DNA of 64,000 bases from a virus (lineage: Duplodnaviria > Caudoviricetes): positions 15,766 through 79,765 of the IMG/VR virus record IMGVR_UViG_2609460236_000001; one strand, written 5' to 3'. Shown here piece by piece: positions 18,629 through 27,869 of the stretch. Numbering within the stretch: position 1 is the stretch's first letter; the number at the start of each line of letters is the position of its first letter. The notes beneath the pieces are model-generated. The model saw only the letters and a list, made by a program, of their open reading frames with translations, made no database searches and had not been told where the DNA came from. A program made the translations under genes and the position numbers.

Positions 18629-18855
18629 GACTGGAACGTCCCTTCAACGTACTGACCGCGTAGAAATTCGACGATTGTTGAATCCTTGGCATGTCGGGCT
18701 TCTCCTACGGAGTAGTCAATCAGGAGCGAGTTGTCGCTGCTGCCGCTACCACACGGATGTGTGATGGGTCGCAGAAGCTCGTTGACTGCGTCATAGGTAT
18801 CTTGGTCAGTGCGCGCATCAACGAGAAGTGTGACTGTGACGATCTTCACGTGCAT
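18625..18855 (-). CDS. hypothetical protein
   Basis: GAGGAG SD. Confidence 0.6.
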   Translation of the reverse strand: MHVKIVTVTLLVDARTDQDTYDAVNELLRPITHPCGSGSSDNSLLIDYSVGEARHAKDSTIVEFLRGQYVEGTFQS

Positions 18856-18859
18856 CTCC

Positions 18860-19168
18860 TCAGAAGATGTATTCTTCGTTGTGATACACCGTCAGCGCCA
18901 CCGGGGTGTCGGCTGTCGTATAGGCGTTGTAGGTGATGCCCGTAACCTTCGCACCGGTCTCTTTCTCGAATCGGGAGATATCCCGCTTGATATGCTCGCT
19001 CAGCTTAAATTGGAGCACATCCCGAGCGAGTTTCACCTCTCGCTTTGTGTACGGCGCAGGAGGTTCAACTTGAACCGTTGCGTCCGTGGTGAGTTTTTCG
19101 ACAGCAGCCGCAGCCAATGCGTTTGCGTGGTCTTCATTCGTGTTCGTGGCCAGTTCTTGGGTGCTCAT
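18860..19168 (-). CDS. hypothetical protein
   Basis: start MSTQEL after GGATCAAAAC. Confidence 0.6.
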   Translation of the reverse strand: MSTQELATNTNEDHANALAAAAVEKLTTDATVQVEPPAPYTKREVKLARDVLQFKLSEHIKRDISRFEKETGAKVTGITYNAYTTADTPVALTVYHNEEYIF

Positions 19169-19194
19169 GTTTTGATCCGTGGTGGTGAATCGTT

Positions 19195-19413
19195 TTAGAT
19201 TTGCTTCAGTACCGTAGCGCTGCTGTTGTCCGGGTCTGCACGACACAATCGCAAATACGCCGCCCCCATCTCGCGCGCTTTCTTGGAGGTCGGGAAACGT
19301 GCCGCCTCAGCGAAGTTGTATGTACCGCCGTAACCTCGGGGGTCATCGCCTTGACCGCATAAAAATCCGCCGTTTGACTTGTTGTGGTAAAACACGACGA
19401 ACCCCTTGGTCAT
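19195..19413 (-). CDS. hypothetical protein
   Basis: ATGA-coupled ORF. Confidence 0.6.
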   Translation of the reverse strand: MTKGFVVFYHNKSNGGFLCGQGDDPRGYGGTYNFAEAARFPTSKKAREMGAAYLRLCRADPDNSSATVLKQI

Positions 19414-20054
19414 GCTGGCACTCCCTCGCGCTCCTCACGCACCCTGTCGTAGCTCGGGTCGCTGTACTTCGCGAAGAGATGCGGGAACGCTTCCTCGATT
19501 CGTCGACAGTTCGACATGTCAGCGTTGATCCATGCGTGGGCGATCTTTCGGGCGAACTCGCCCGCAAAGTCCCGCATGTTGAATGCCATCCGTTGCCGAT
19601 CCGCGTATGGTCGCGATGAGATCGGATGCGGACGCTGCTTCAGGCACATGCGACCATGCTGTGCGTACATGGCTGCGAGACGCTGTTCGTGGGTCTCCTG
19701 CATACCTGCGAAATGCTCGAGCATCGCCGTCAGGTGGAGAATCACGTCACGTTCGTTGAGGGATTCGGCTCGATCGGTTACGGTCCGCTGGTCCTCCAGC
19801 TCGTAATACCAGGCCTTGCGCAGACGCGGGCCGTCCTCGTGGTTCTTGATGACCATGCCGCACTGCTTGGCCATGTTGTCGATGAGCACGTCGAGCGGCA
19901 GGTTCACGTCGCGTTGTTCATCGTTCAGTTGCTCGAACACGCTTGCAGTAAGCACGATCTGCAATGCACGTTCGACGTAGGGTGCGCGCTGGCCAGCATC
20001 GCTCATCATCTCTTCGAAACTTTCAAACGGGCCGTAGGTGGTGGTGTTGCCCAT
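19410..20054 (-). CDS. hypothetical protein
   Basis: start MGNTTT after AAGGA SD. Confidence 0.7.
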   Translation of the reverse strand: MGNTTTYGPFESFEEMMSDAGQRAPYVERALQIVLTASVFEQLNDEQRDVNLPLDVLIDNMAKQCGMVIKNHEDGPRLRKAWYYELEDQRTVTDRAESLNERDVILHLTAMLEHFAGMQETHEQRLAAMYAQHGRMCLKQRPHPISSRPYADRQRMAFNMRDFAGEFARKIAHAWINADMSNCRRIEEAFPHLFAKYSDPSYDRVREEREGVPA

Positions 20055-20066
20055 GATGTTTGATCC

Positions 20067-20085
20067 TTGGTTCAAGTTGAACCAA
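20067..20085. promoter_or_regulatory. perfect palindrome TTGGTTCAA-G-TTGAACCAA (putative operator)
   Basis: contains the stop of 20072..20350, abuts the next SD. Confidence 0.7.
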
Positions 20086-20350
20086 TCAGAGCGTCAAACT
20101 CTTCTTGGTCAAGGTGGTAGTTGCGTTGCGATTGCGCGTCCCCTGTTACGAGGCGTGCCGCGTCCTCCCATGTTTCAGCAGTGTTTCGCTTACAACCATA
20201 GACAAAGTAGTCCCAATGCCCGTCTTCACGCGGCACGATGAAGACCGGAAGGCCCTTCACCAGCGCGCAATCAACGATCGGCTTGCCCGTGATGCTCGGG
20301 CATTGACCTTTTCGCCATTCAACGGGATTGGGCCGACGCGAGAACCACAT
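20072..20350 (-). CDS. hypothetical protein
   Basis: AGGAGG SD. Confidence 0.65.
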   Translation of the reverse strand: MWFSRRPNPVEWRKGQCPSITGKPIVDCALVKGLPVFIVPREDGHWDYFVYGCKRNTAETWEDAARLVTGDAQSQRNYHLDQEEFDALIGST

Positions 20351-20371
20351 GACCCCTCCTAGAAAATCCGA

Positions 20372-20662
20372 TCAGTTATAGACCGGCTCCAGCGGCAGAT
20401 GCGTTGCCGCGCTGCTGAACTCCTGCAGAACGTCGCGGATGACTCGCGCGTTGCGTCGATTGAGAAGCAGCGTCGCGCACATGCGATCGAACGTTACCTG
20501 CTCGATCTTGCTCGTGATCGCGCCATGCTCTTCTTGATAGAACTTGAGCAGGCGTTGCCTGAGTTTTGCCGGTACGGTGGTTGAGCATTCGTGTTCGGCA
20601 CACTCACGCTGCGTGGCAAACTCCCTGCCGTCCGAACTGGTGTACTTGCGGATCTCGCGCAT
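20372..20662 (-). CDS. hypothetical protein
   Basis: YTSSDGREF N-terminus similar to YVTADGRQF of the adjacent gene. Confidence 0.6.
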   Translation of the reverse strand: MREIRKYTSSDGREFATQRECAEHECSTTVPAKLRQRLLKFYQEEHGAITSKIEQVTFDRMCATLLLNRRNARVIRDVLQEFSSAATHLPLEPVYN

Positions 20663-20666
20663 CGCA

Positions 20667-20981
20667 CTACCCCTGGCAAGGTTGCGACTGGGAATGCTGG
20701 GTGGCCTGCTGTACGAACTCCAACCCGTCGAGTTCGGCCCTGCCACTCTTGATCTGATCAAGGATCGTCTCGACGTGCCGGAGGTTGTTAATGACCCCGT
20801 CGACGATCTTCATAAGCGGCTCGTCCTGCAACGCAACGCCGCACGACGCCTTCGCATACTCGTCGTTGATGATCTGCGCCAGGTTGTCGGGCAATACCAC
20901 GGTCACTTCGTGGCGCAGTGCCTCGACGTAGTTGGTGAACTGCCGGCCATCGGCCGTCACATATGTCTCGATAGTCTTCAT
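20667..20981 (-). CDS. hypothetical protein
   Basis: start preceded by CCACCACC. Confidence 0.65.
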   Translation of the reverse strand: MKTIETYVTADGRQFTNYVEALRHEVTVVLPDNLAQIINDEYAKASCGVALQDEPLMKIVDGVINNLRHVETILDQIKSGRAELDGLEFVQQATQHSQSQPCQG

Positions 20982-21020
20982 GGTGGTGGGTTCTCTTCAG
21001 GGAATGCAGGCCGATCTATG

Positions 21021-21137
21021 TCAGCTCGCGAACACGGTCAAGATCGGTCGAATATCCTGCTCGCTGTCTTCACGCGACTTGAACAGTTCGTCGATTGCGT
21101 CAAACAGCTGGGGGGCTTCGGAATAGATAGCGTTCAT
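21021..21137 (-). CDS. small hypothetical protein (38 aa)
   Basis: manual translation MNAIYSEAPQLFDAIDELF... Confidence 0.4.
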   Translation of the reverse strand: MNAIYSEAPQLFDAIDELFKSREDSEQDIRPILTVFAS

Positions 21138-21177
21138 GGTCTTCGTCGTTTCTTCTTGTTGGTTCTCAGGCGATGGT

Positions 21178-21585
21178 TCAAGTTGAACCTATCGGGTATG
21201 GGTCGACTTCCTGAAACAGCGCGTGGTGAAACACATCGTGCAGGTAGGCCTTGATGCTGTTCCGGTTACGGCCAGTGATCCGGATAACAGCCCCCGTGTC
21301 GAGCGATGGCGTGACGATCACGTGGTGTTCCGACCATCCGTCGTACATCCCGTGTCGGTTCATGTGGTGAAAATCAGCTTGAAATACCAGCTTGTTGCTC
21401 TTGCATTCGTCTTCGAGCAGTTGCGTGCCCGAGTCAAGGCCCGAGCCTGAAGGAAGCATGTCGAGCAGCTTTCCGAGACGTACTTTGTGGGTTGGAAGGA
21501 CAGGGCTGCGCGCGGACTTGCAGCGCTCGATAGTCGCGAGCGTGGACGCAATCGCGGCATAAAGCGGCGTGGTGGTGGTGATCAT
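21178..21585 (-). CDS. hypothetical protein
   Basis: LPSGSGLDSG, FHHMN.HG.YDGW blocks; the stop lies inside the palindrome at 21175-21189. Confidence 0.7.
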   Translation of the reverse strand: MITTTTPLYAAIASTLATIERCKSARSPVLPTHKVRLGKLLDMLPSGSGLDSGTQLLEDECKSNKLVFQADFHHMNRHGMYDGWSEHHVIVTPSLDTGAVIRITGRNRNSIKAYLHDVFHHALFQEVDPYPIGST

Positions 21586-21709
21586 GATTCCTATCGGAAT
21601 GGTTTTGTCAGAGGCTCTATATGCCGCTGGCGTTGTTTTTGGCTAGGTGGGTATACGGGAGATCCCGCAAGGCCCGCCCGGACCTGGGAAAACGGTCTGG
21701 CCCGCAGAT

Positions 21710-22081
21710 TCAGCCGAAGAAGTTCGTCCACACCCCGATCACGGCCAGTATCATGGTCGCGAGGACGCACAGTCTGCCGATGATGCGATCGGCGGAATCG
21801 GCGGTAGCCAGCTCGCGAGCGGTGAGTTCCACCCGTACGTTCCAGCCGCGGATGTTTCGAGTCGTCGAGACCGTGGTCGTCCGCACATAGGCTCGGGCAT
21901 CGTGAATGGAGCGCGGGGCACGAGCTGGAGCGAGGGCGACGAGCGCGCGGCCGGCTACTGGAGCACGAGCTGGAGCTAGAGCACGAGCTGGAGCGGTAGC
22001 GAGCAGCGCGTTGCTATGCGCGGTCTCGATTACTTGCTGCGAGGGGGACAAGCATATCCGGTTTACAGGTGTAATTTTCAT
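21710..22081 (-). CDS. hypothetical protein with C-terminal TM segment and APARA repeats
   Basis: ORF track; 3x GCACGAGCTGGAGC. Confidence 0.4.
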   Translation of the reverse strand: MKITPVNRICLSPSQQVIETAHSNALLATAPARALAPARAPVAGRALVALAPARAPRSIHDARAYVRTTTVSTTRNIRGWNVRVELTARELATADSADRIIGRLCVLATMILAVIGVWTNFFG

Positions 22082-22188
22082 TGTCGTTAGTATTTATCGT
22101 ATAAATGCGACAGAAATCCAGCGGCGGACGCGTGGGGACGATTTACTGACATGGGTGCGGATTCAATTCGTTCTTTATATAAAGCTAG

Positions 22189-22542
22189 AACTATCAGATA
22201 GATGCGATTTCGCAATGAAGTCGAATTCCAGTCGTCTCCAAGACATGAGCTTGTTCTCTTCCCTCTTCTTCTTTGGAACGGGAAGGGAAAGAGAAAAAGA
22301 AGAGAAATTAGATAGCTAAGTCTTTGATTACAGACGACAAACCAATGAAACTATCAGATAGTTGACGCTGCGCTCTGCAACCCTCCTGGCCATTGACCGG
22401 AGCTGGAGCCGTAGGGGGCCTGGCAGCGGACTAGGGACAAGGAAAATTATGTTGCATAAAAACAACACAGTTTCAGGTGCCGGGTTACGCTCCGCACATT
22501 CGCTACCGCTCCCGCAAAATCTCCCAGTCCAACTATCAGATA
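22189..22542. repeat. three AACTATCAGATA(GTT) palindromic repeats in an AT-rich non-coding region
   Basis: copies at 22189, 22349 (full palindrome AACTATC-A-GATAGTT) and 22531. Confidence 0.8.
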
Positions 22543-22694
22543 TATGTGCGCGTTTCGCGTGACGCGGAATACCGTGCGATTAACCATTTCGGTTCAAGTT
22601 GAACGTTTGCACTCGCTTAATTTCCCACTTATCGAGTGCTCCCCATGCCAATAGCGACACAATCGCCAATCCCGCTACCACTCCCGCGACCATG

Positions 22695-23075
22695 TCAGCG
22701 CCCTCCGCGTAGCGCGCGCAACGTTGCTCCGTCGCGGACGGTCGCACCCCACGCCTCGACCAGCCGGCCGAGATCGCATCGGACCTCCTGAACCTGCACT
22801 TCACGCCTGTATCGCGCCTCTGCGGCCCGCTGCCGCTTCCGCGTCATGGGTCGCGCTACCACTTCTGCCGCAGGAGCGGTAGCGGCTTCACGGGCGAACT
22901 CGGGCCACTCCTCTTCCGGGAGGTTGGCGCGGATCATCGCAATGCACGCCAGCCGCTCTGCGCGCTCGCCGTGCTGCTGATCGAACCAGAACGCGCGCTG
23001 ATACTGGCGCTGCGCGTCAAGGCCGCTGGAAATCGCTTTCGAATAGTTGCTGATCGTCGGATCAAGGTAGCGCAT
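22695..23075 (-). CDS. hypothetical protein
   Basis: GGAG SD right after the palindrome at 23091-23104. Confidence 0.6.
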   Translation of the reverse strand: MRYLDPTISNYSKAISSGLDAQRQYQRAFWFDQQHGERAERLACIAMIRANLPEEEWPEFAREAATAPAAEVVARPMTRKRQRAAEARYRREVQVQEVRCDLGRLVEAWGATVRDGATLRALRGGR

Positions 23076-23235
23076 TGGAATTCTCCGGATGGTTCAACTT
23101 GCACTTTTCATCCAGTTTCTGGATCAAGCCGCCTACTGGGCGCTACTACGCCTGCCGTAGAGGCATGACCGGATTCGTGGATGTGGAGCTGCCCCAGCGA
23201 CGGGCGCATGAGCGGTAGCGCCGGCCCCTATAGGG

Positions 23236-23312
23236 AGAAGAAAAAGGAACGACTCACGCCACCACGCGCGAGTCGTTCAAACCCGCCCAGTCTGGCAACT
23301 AGGCGGGATTGA
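23236..23312 (-). terminator. double hairpin / intrinsic terminator with GUGGUG loop
   Basis: CCCGCC hairpin, then GAACGACTCGCGC-GTGGTG-GCGTGAGTCGTTC-CTTTTT on the minus strand. Confidence 0.7.
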
Positions 23313-23313
23313 C

Positions 23314-24072
23314 TTATGCCGCTACCGTCTCGGTGTCAGCGACTGCGATATCCAAGGCTGCTGCTGCCTGAACGTCAGCGAGGATCGTTTGCGCAAAGAA
23401 CTGCCGATCCGCATCGGACATGCCAGCCATAACCGCACGCACGGATTCGGCGAAACGTGCCGCGTTTTCGCGTGACACGTCCGCAACGCTGCGGTTATCG
23501 GCTTCTTTCACCTCTGCGGCCGTCGCTTGTGCAGGCTGTGCATCGCTCGCGGGCGCTTCAGTCGTGCCGCTCGTCACTTCAGACGGAGTTTTTGCGGTTG
23601 CGCCTTTCGGTTCGCGATTACCCGCCGCTTTCGCGAAACCAAACGCGGCAAACAACGCGTCTTGCGACGTGCAACCCATGCCGAGCAGCCAAGCGCGCAC
23701 GATACCGGCCGCATCTTCATCTTTCTCAGCATTCGCAATTTCAGTCACAGGCGCACCCTTATCAGCCGCTTGTTTCGCAATGCCAACCGACTTTTCAGCG
23801 TAGCGCTTCGCGGTCGGAAACGCGGCACGCGTTGCGCTTACGCGATCGGCCGCGCCCATCTCCACCCACTTTTTACCGGCGCGTTGCTCGGCGATTTGCT
23901 CGCTCAAAACGTCAATCAAGCGGGCCGCATAGCCGCGCGCCCCGTGATTGTCGTCCCGAAGGCAGAGCGCGACGATTGCCGAGTAAGCGCGCGTGATTGC
24001 GCTGCGCTCCGTGCCGATGATTTCTTTAGCGGCATAGGTTGCCGCGCCCGTTGCGATTTGAAAGTCAGCCAT
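23314..24072 (-). CDS. Ala-rich hypothetical protein, first gene of the leftward early arm
   Basis: 252 aa ORF with AGGGG SD, two palindromic motifs upstream. Confidence 0.7.
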   Translation of the reverse strand: MADFQIATGAATYAAKEIIGTERSAITRAYSAIVALCLRDDNHGARGYAARLIDVLSEQIAEQRAGKKWVEMGAADRVSATRAAFPTAKRYAEKSVGIAKQAADKGAPVTEIANAEKDEDAAGIVRAWLLGMGCTSQDALFAAFGFAKAAGNREPKGATAKTPSEVTSGTTEAPASDAQPAQATAAEVKEADNRSVADVSRENAARFAESVRAVMAGMSDADRQFFAQTILADVQAAAALDIAVADTETVAA

Positions 24073-24126
24073 GTTAGTACCCCTAAACGTAGGTTGCGAA
24101 TGGCGCGGGATTGCGCCGTTTGCTTT

Positions 24127-24179
24127 GGTTCAACTTGCACCTTTCATCTACTGCGCTGCGAAAGGTTCAACGTTGCACC
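24127..24179. promoter_or_regulatory. tandem operator-like palindromes GGTTCAACTTGCACC and GGTTCAACGTTGCACC
   Basis: in the leader of the first early gene, downstream of a possible TTCAAT/TATAAC leftward promoter near 24271-24298. Confidence 0.6.
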
Positions 24180-24541
24180 TTTGGGAGTGCCCCGTGCGCA
24201 AGGCGCACGAAGCCCCGCCGCAGCGCGTAGGGCTTGTGTACCTTGGCGCTGCGTCACTGCATCTACCACGGTTATAAGGATACCAAGGTTTTATTGAAGG
24301 GTGTTGCGCTGCAGTTTCGACTATGGTAGGGGCATTGATTTTCAGTTTTTCGATTTTAGAACCATAGTATGCTTTATACTTAACACGCTACCGCCCCTGC
24401 CCGAACTGCCGGAAAGCGCCACTGCGATCGAAACATTCGGTAACAACATTTCGGGGCCAGAAGTTGACGGCACAGGCCAGTTGGACTCCGAATGGTCCAA
24501 GGCCCTGCTCGCGGATCAGGGCACGAACACATGACGACGGG

Positions 24542-25117
24542 ATGACGATGGAGAAAGAGAAACTAAAGCGCCAGGACTTTACGGTTGAAATGGCCCGCGA
24601 GCACTTTGGTTACGACCCAGTAGCAGGTCGCGCTATTCGTCTGACTAATAGCGCCAGGGGACCGCGCTCGGCTGGAAAAGTAGCAAGTTGCCCACACAAA
24701 CCGTCAGGCTTCAGACAGATTGTTTTCAAAACCATTTCGATATATGAACACCACATGGTGTGGGCACTTGTCTATGGGTATTGGCCCACCGGCTCGATTC
24801 GCCATCGCGACGATGACAAACAAAACAACCGGATCGAGAACCTGTTTGACCCCTCTCAAGTTGTAACCGTAAGTAACTTTGCAGATACGAAAGACGCTTT
24901 CCCTGGGGTCATCGTCACTAACTCCGGAAACTACAGGGCGACCATTTATCGAGATAAGGCAATCCATCTCGGCACGTTCTCAAGCCCTGAAGAAGCGCAC
25001 GAGATGTACCTTGCAGCTAAAGTCGTTCTTCATAGTCCGCTTAACAGAGGAGTAAGTACCGATGAACTGTTAAAACCTCTTTTGATAAGCCGAAAGGGAC
25101 TTGCCAAGGTAGGTTGA
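24542..25117 (+). CDS. HNH homing endonuclease with AP2-like C-terminal domain
   Basis: EHHMVW...IRHRDDDKQNNRIENL; FPGV....NYRATI....HLGTFSSPEEAHEMY. Confidence 0.85.
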   Translation: MTMEKEKLKRQDFTVEMAREHFGYDPVAGRAIRLTNSARGPRSAGKVASCPHKPSGFRQIVFKTISIYEHHMVWALVYGYWPTGSIRHRDDDKQNNRIENLFDPSQVVTVSNFADTKDAFPGVIVTNSGNYRATIYRDKAIHLGTFSSPEEAHEMYLAAKVVLHSPLNRGVSTDELLKPLLISRKGLAKVG

Positions 25118-25262
25118 GACAGGTAAAGTTAACAGAGTGCTTGATGATCTGTGGTGGTGAGTCAAGCATGACGAGTTGAGAGACTTGTCTCAGACAGTTG
25201 AGGTGGCCAGCCTCTCTGTCAGCCCTCTTCAGGGGCATGTTTTGATCAATGTTAGCTGTTAG

Positions 25263-25301
25263 ATCGCCCCGAGGATTAGCTACCCTCGGGGCGATTTTTT
25301 T
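25263..25301 (+). terminator. intrinsic terminator between convergent HNH and primase genes
   Basis: ATCGCCCCGAGG/CCTCGGGGCGAT stem plus T-tract. Confidence 0.85.
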
Positions 25302-25349
25302 CGTGCTCGCGTTTCTAATAGTTCTCTTCGCGGTTGTACATGCTCAACA

Positions 25350-27869
25350 TCAGGCGGCGATGGGCTTCGCGCCAGAATGGGCCGTCGATGAACTCTGCTG
25401 ACCCGGCGCCCCCACAAGTGTGAGGTTTTCGTAGAGTACGTCCTGTCCCCCCAGGTCCGTGGGCGTGATCGAAAGCTTGAATCCGAACTCGGTAGCTAAT
25501 TCCCGCATCTTGGCCCTGAACTGCGTCGATCCAACAGGCTTGGCAGACCCCGGCCCGACGCAGAAGGACCAATATGTCTGATAAAGCCTCGTTTCCTGCA
25601 CTGATGTGTGGGCTGAACTCTTCGACCCAGCGGATTCCTGCTGCTGGAGAGCGTTGATCCGCACCTTCCCGCTCTCCGTGAGAAAAAAACGTACTGAGTT
25701 GTTAAGGTTCGCTACTTCACGAATGACCTGATTGTGTGAGTCAGGCAGGGTGAACTCGTTGTGCTCCTTCAACCGCCCCATCGACTGCACCGCCCACGCG
25801 ACGATCGCTTCACGCTCCTCGACCACAATCACATCCCCGAGATCCAGGCGACGCTCAGAAGCCTTCACGGGCCGGTTGAACTGAAGCACGAGCCAGCGAC
25901 GGTTAAAGCCCTCCGACGTGTCCTCTGTACGCGGATAGTGGTTAGACGCGAACCAGTGGGTACAGATAGGCCGAAATCGGAAGATCTGCCCTCCCTTTAG
26001 CTGCCCAGACATCTCCGCGCCGTCGATAATGTCCTTGAAGCGCTGGCCATCGACCAGCTTCTTCTCGCTCAGTTCGCCCGCGACATTGATAATCTTCTCG
26101 AACATCTGTGTCGGTAGGAACTTGTCCGACCATTCGTTCGGCGGCACCGCAGCACGTGCGTTATCGGGAACAAGCGACTGCGCGATCTTCAGTAACTGGC
26201 TCTTGCCGGACTTCGGCGCACCTTGAAGCAGCACGGCGCGCTGGAAACGCGGGCCGAGACCGAACAACGTAACGGCCAGCGCCTCTTGAATGGCGTCAAG
26301 CTTCTGCTGGTAGTCCTCGTCCTCGCCCCAGCTCTTCTTCAGAAACTCGAAGAACATTGGGCAGTTGCCCGAGATCTCGGGCAGGTAACGAAACGGCAAC
26401 GTGTAAATCATGCCGTAGCCGGGGTCGTGATTCAGCAGCTTCAGGTCTTCCGTGAGGAAACCGTTCGCGAAGTTCACGCCACGCACGTCGAGCGTACGGA
26501 TACCCTGCGGCAAGATGGTCTTCATCAGGTTGTGAATGCCGCGGATGTCGTTGAACTTCTTGCATGCGGTCAGATGGCCATAATCGGCCGAGATCTTTGA
26601 CAGCACGTAGTTGTCGTCGAGCTTTTCCCAGTGCGAACCGGCCCACTTCCAGAGGAAGCCGTTGTGCGCCCGCACGGGGAACATCTGTTCGAGGTCCTTG
26701 ATGACTGCGCGTGCCACTTCCGACTGGTCTTGACCCTTGATCTCACCCATGCGCAGCTCTTTGATGCGCGCCTTGAGCGAGGAAAGCTTCAGACCCATGC
26801 CTCCTGACGTCGAAATGAAGTCGAGGATGCGGTCCTCTTCGAGCTTATTGAGGCTCGACGTCGTGGCCACCTTGTGCAACGCCTTGTCGATCGACTGGCT
26901 GCGCTGCGGCGAATCCTTCGGAAAACGCTCGAATTCGTCCAGGAGGAACTGCTTGAGGTCGTCGAAACCCCACTCTTCCTGCTCCTTCGTGAATTCGAGG
27001 CTGTACGCCTGCTTCTCTTCATCGGTTAGACCATCGTCCCAGCCGCTTGGAAGCACCTTCTGCTTGTCGTAGACATCACGGTGCAGGAACTTGATCATGT
27101 TCTTGACGTGCTTGTCGACGTCGATCGGATCTCCGGCAACGTTCTCAACGAAATCGGCCGCATACGCCTGAAGCATGCCGATGGCTTCCTTCAACGAGCG
27201 GTCGCCACGCATAACTGCATACGCGAAGAGGCCTGCGCGCTCTGTCAGCGACGTGTCGCGTGAGCCGGCCGACGCAAAGTCGACCACGCGCGTCCATCCT
27301 GAGTGTGACAACTCGACGCCGGCTTCCTGCAACGCAGCGCGCAACATCGACTCGATCTGCTGGTCGAGCGCAGGCAGCATATGGACGACCTCGACCAGTT
27401 CGCAGTTCGCCTCGTACGGGCGCTTCGTATCCGGATGGATCGACGGAGGCAGCACGGACTGCGTGCGAGCCGACAGCATTTCGCAAATCGTCTCACCCGA
27501 CGTGTTCTTGATACGGAACGTCTTCAGGCCTGTGTACTTGAACGCGAGCATCATCCCCTTCTTGCCGATACGGCACCACGGCGATGTCGGCAGAAGGCTC
27601 TGGATGATCGACGTCAACCGCTGGTCGACCGTGTCGATGTCCATCATGACGATGCCAGACTGTGGGCCGAGCACGATACCGATGTTCGATGTCGGGCACT
27701 GCTCGATCCACGCCTGCTGTTGCTCAGGCTCCACTGGATGATCGAAGTAACGCGACCAGTCGTTTGGGATCGGCTTCTTCTCTTCGGGGTAAAGAGGGAT
27801 GACGGGCAGGCCCTTCGCGTAGTACCTCGGTGCGGTCTGCGCGAAGATCGGTTGTCGTTCAGTTCTCAT
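25350..27869 (-). CDS. bifunctional primase-polymerase / D5-like SF3 helicase
   Basis: GLPVIPL, NIGIVLG, DID, VLPPSIHP (Prim-Pol); GAPKSGKS Walker A, ASNHYP, GFNRRW (SF3). Confidence 0.9.
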   Translation of the reverse strand: MRTERQPIFAQTAPRYYAKGLPVIPLYPEEKKPIPNDWSRYFDHPVEPEQQQAWIEQCPTSNIGIVLGPQSGIVMMDIDTVDQRLTSIIQSLLPTSPWCRIGKKGMMLAFKYTGLKTFRIKNTSGETICEMLSARTQSVLPPSIHPDTKRPYEANCELVEVVHMLPALDQQIESMLRAALQEAGVELSHSGWTRVVDFASAGSRDTSLTERAGLFAYAVMRGDRSLKEAIGMLQAYAADFVENVAGDPIDVDKHVKNMIKFLHRDVYDKQKVLPSGWDDGLTDEEKQAYSLEFTKEQEEWGFDDLKQFLLDEFERFPKDSPQRSQSIDKALHKVATTSSLNKLEEDRILDFISTSGGMGLKLSSLKARIKELRMGEIKGQDQSEVARAVIKDLEQMFPVRAHNGFLWKWAGSHWEKLDDNYVLSKISADYGHLTACKKFNDIRGIHNLMKTILPQGIRTLDVRGVNFANGFLTEDLKLLNHDPGYGMIYTLPFRYLPEISGNCPMFFEFLKKSWGEDEDYQQKLDAIQEALAVTLFGLGPRFQRAVLLQGAPKSGKSQLLKIAQSLVPDNARAAVPPNEWSDKFLPTQMFEKIINVAGELSEKKLVDGQRFKDIIDGAEMSGQLKGGQIFRFRPICTHWFASNHYPRTEDTSEGFNRRWLVLQFNRPVKASERRLDLGDVIVVEEREAIVAWAVQSMGRLKEHNEFTLPDSHNQVIREVANLNNSVRFFLTESGKVRINALQQQESAGSKSSAHTSVQETRLYQTYWSFCVGPGSAKPVGSTQFRAKMRELATEFGFKLSITPTDLGGQDVLYENLTLVGAPGQQSSSTAHSGAKPIAA

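Noticed and set aside
12380-24179. CRISPR array or integron attC sites from the repeated palindrome
   Set aside because: Repeats are only 13-19 bp, irregularly spaced by whole genes, with no cas or integron integrase and no attC box structure
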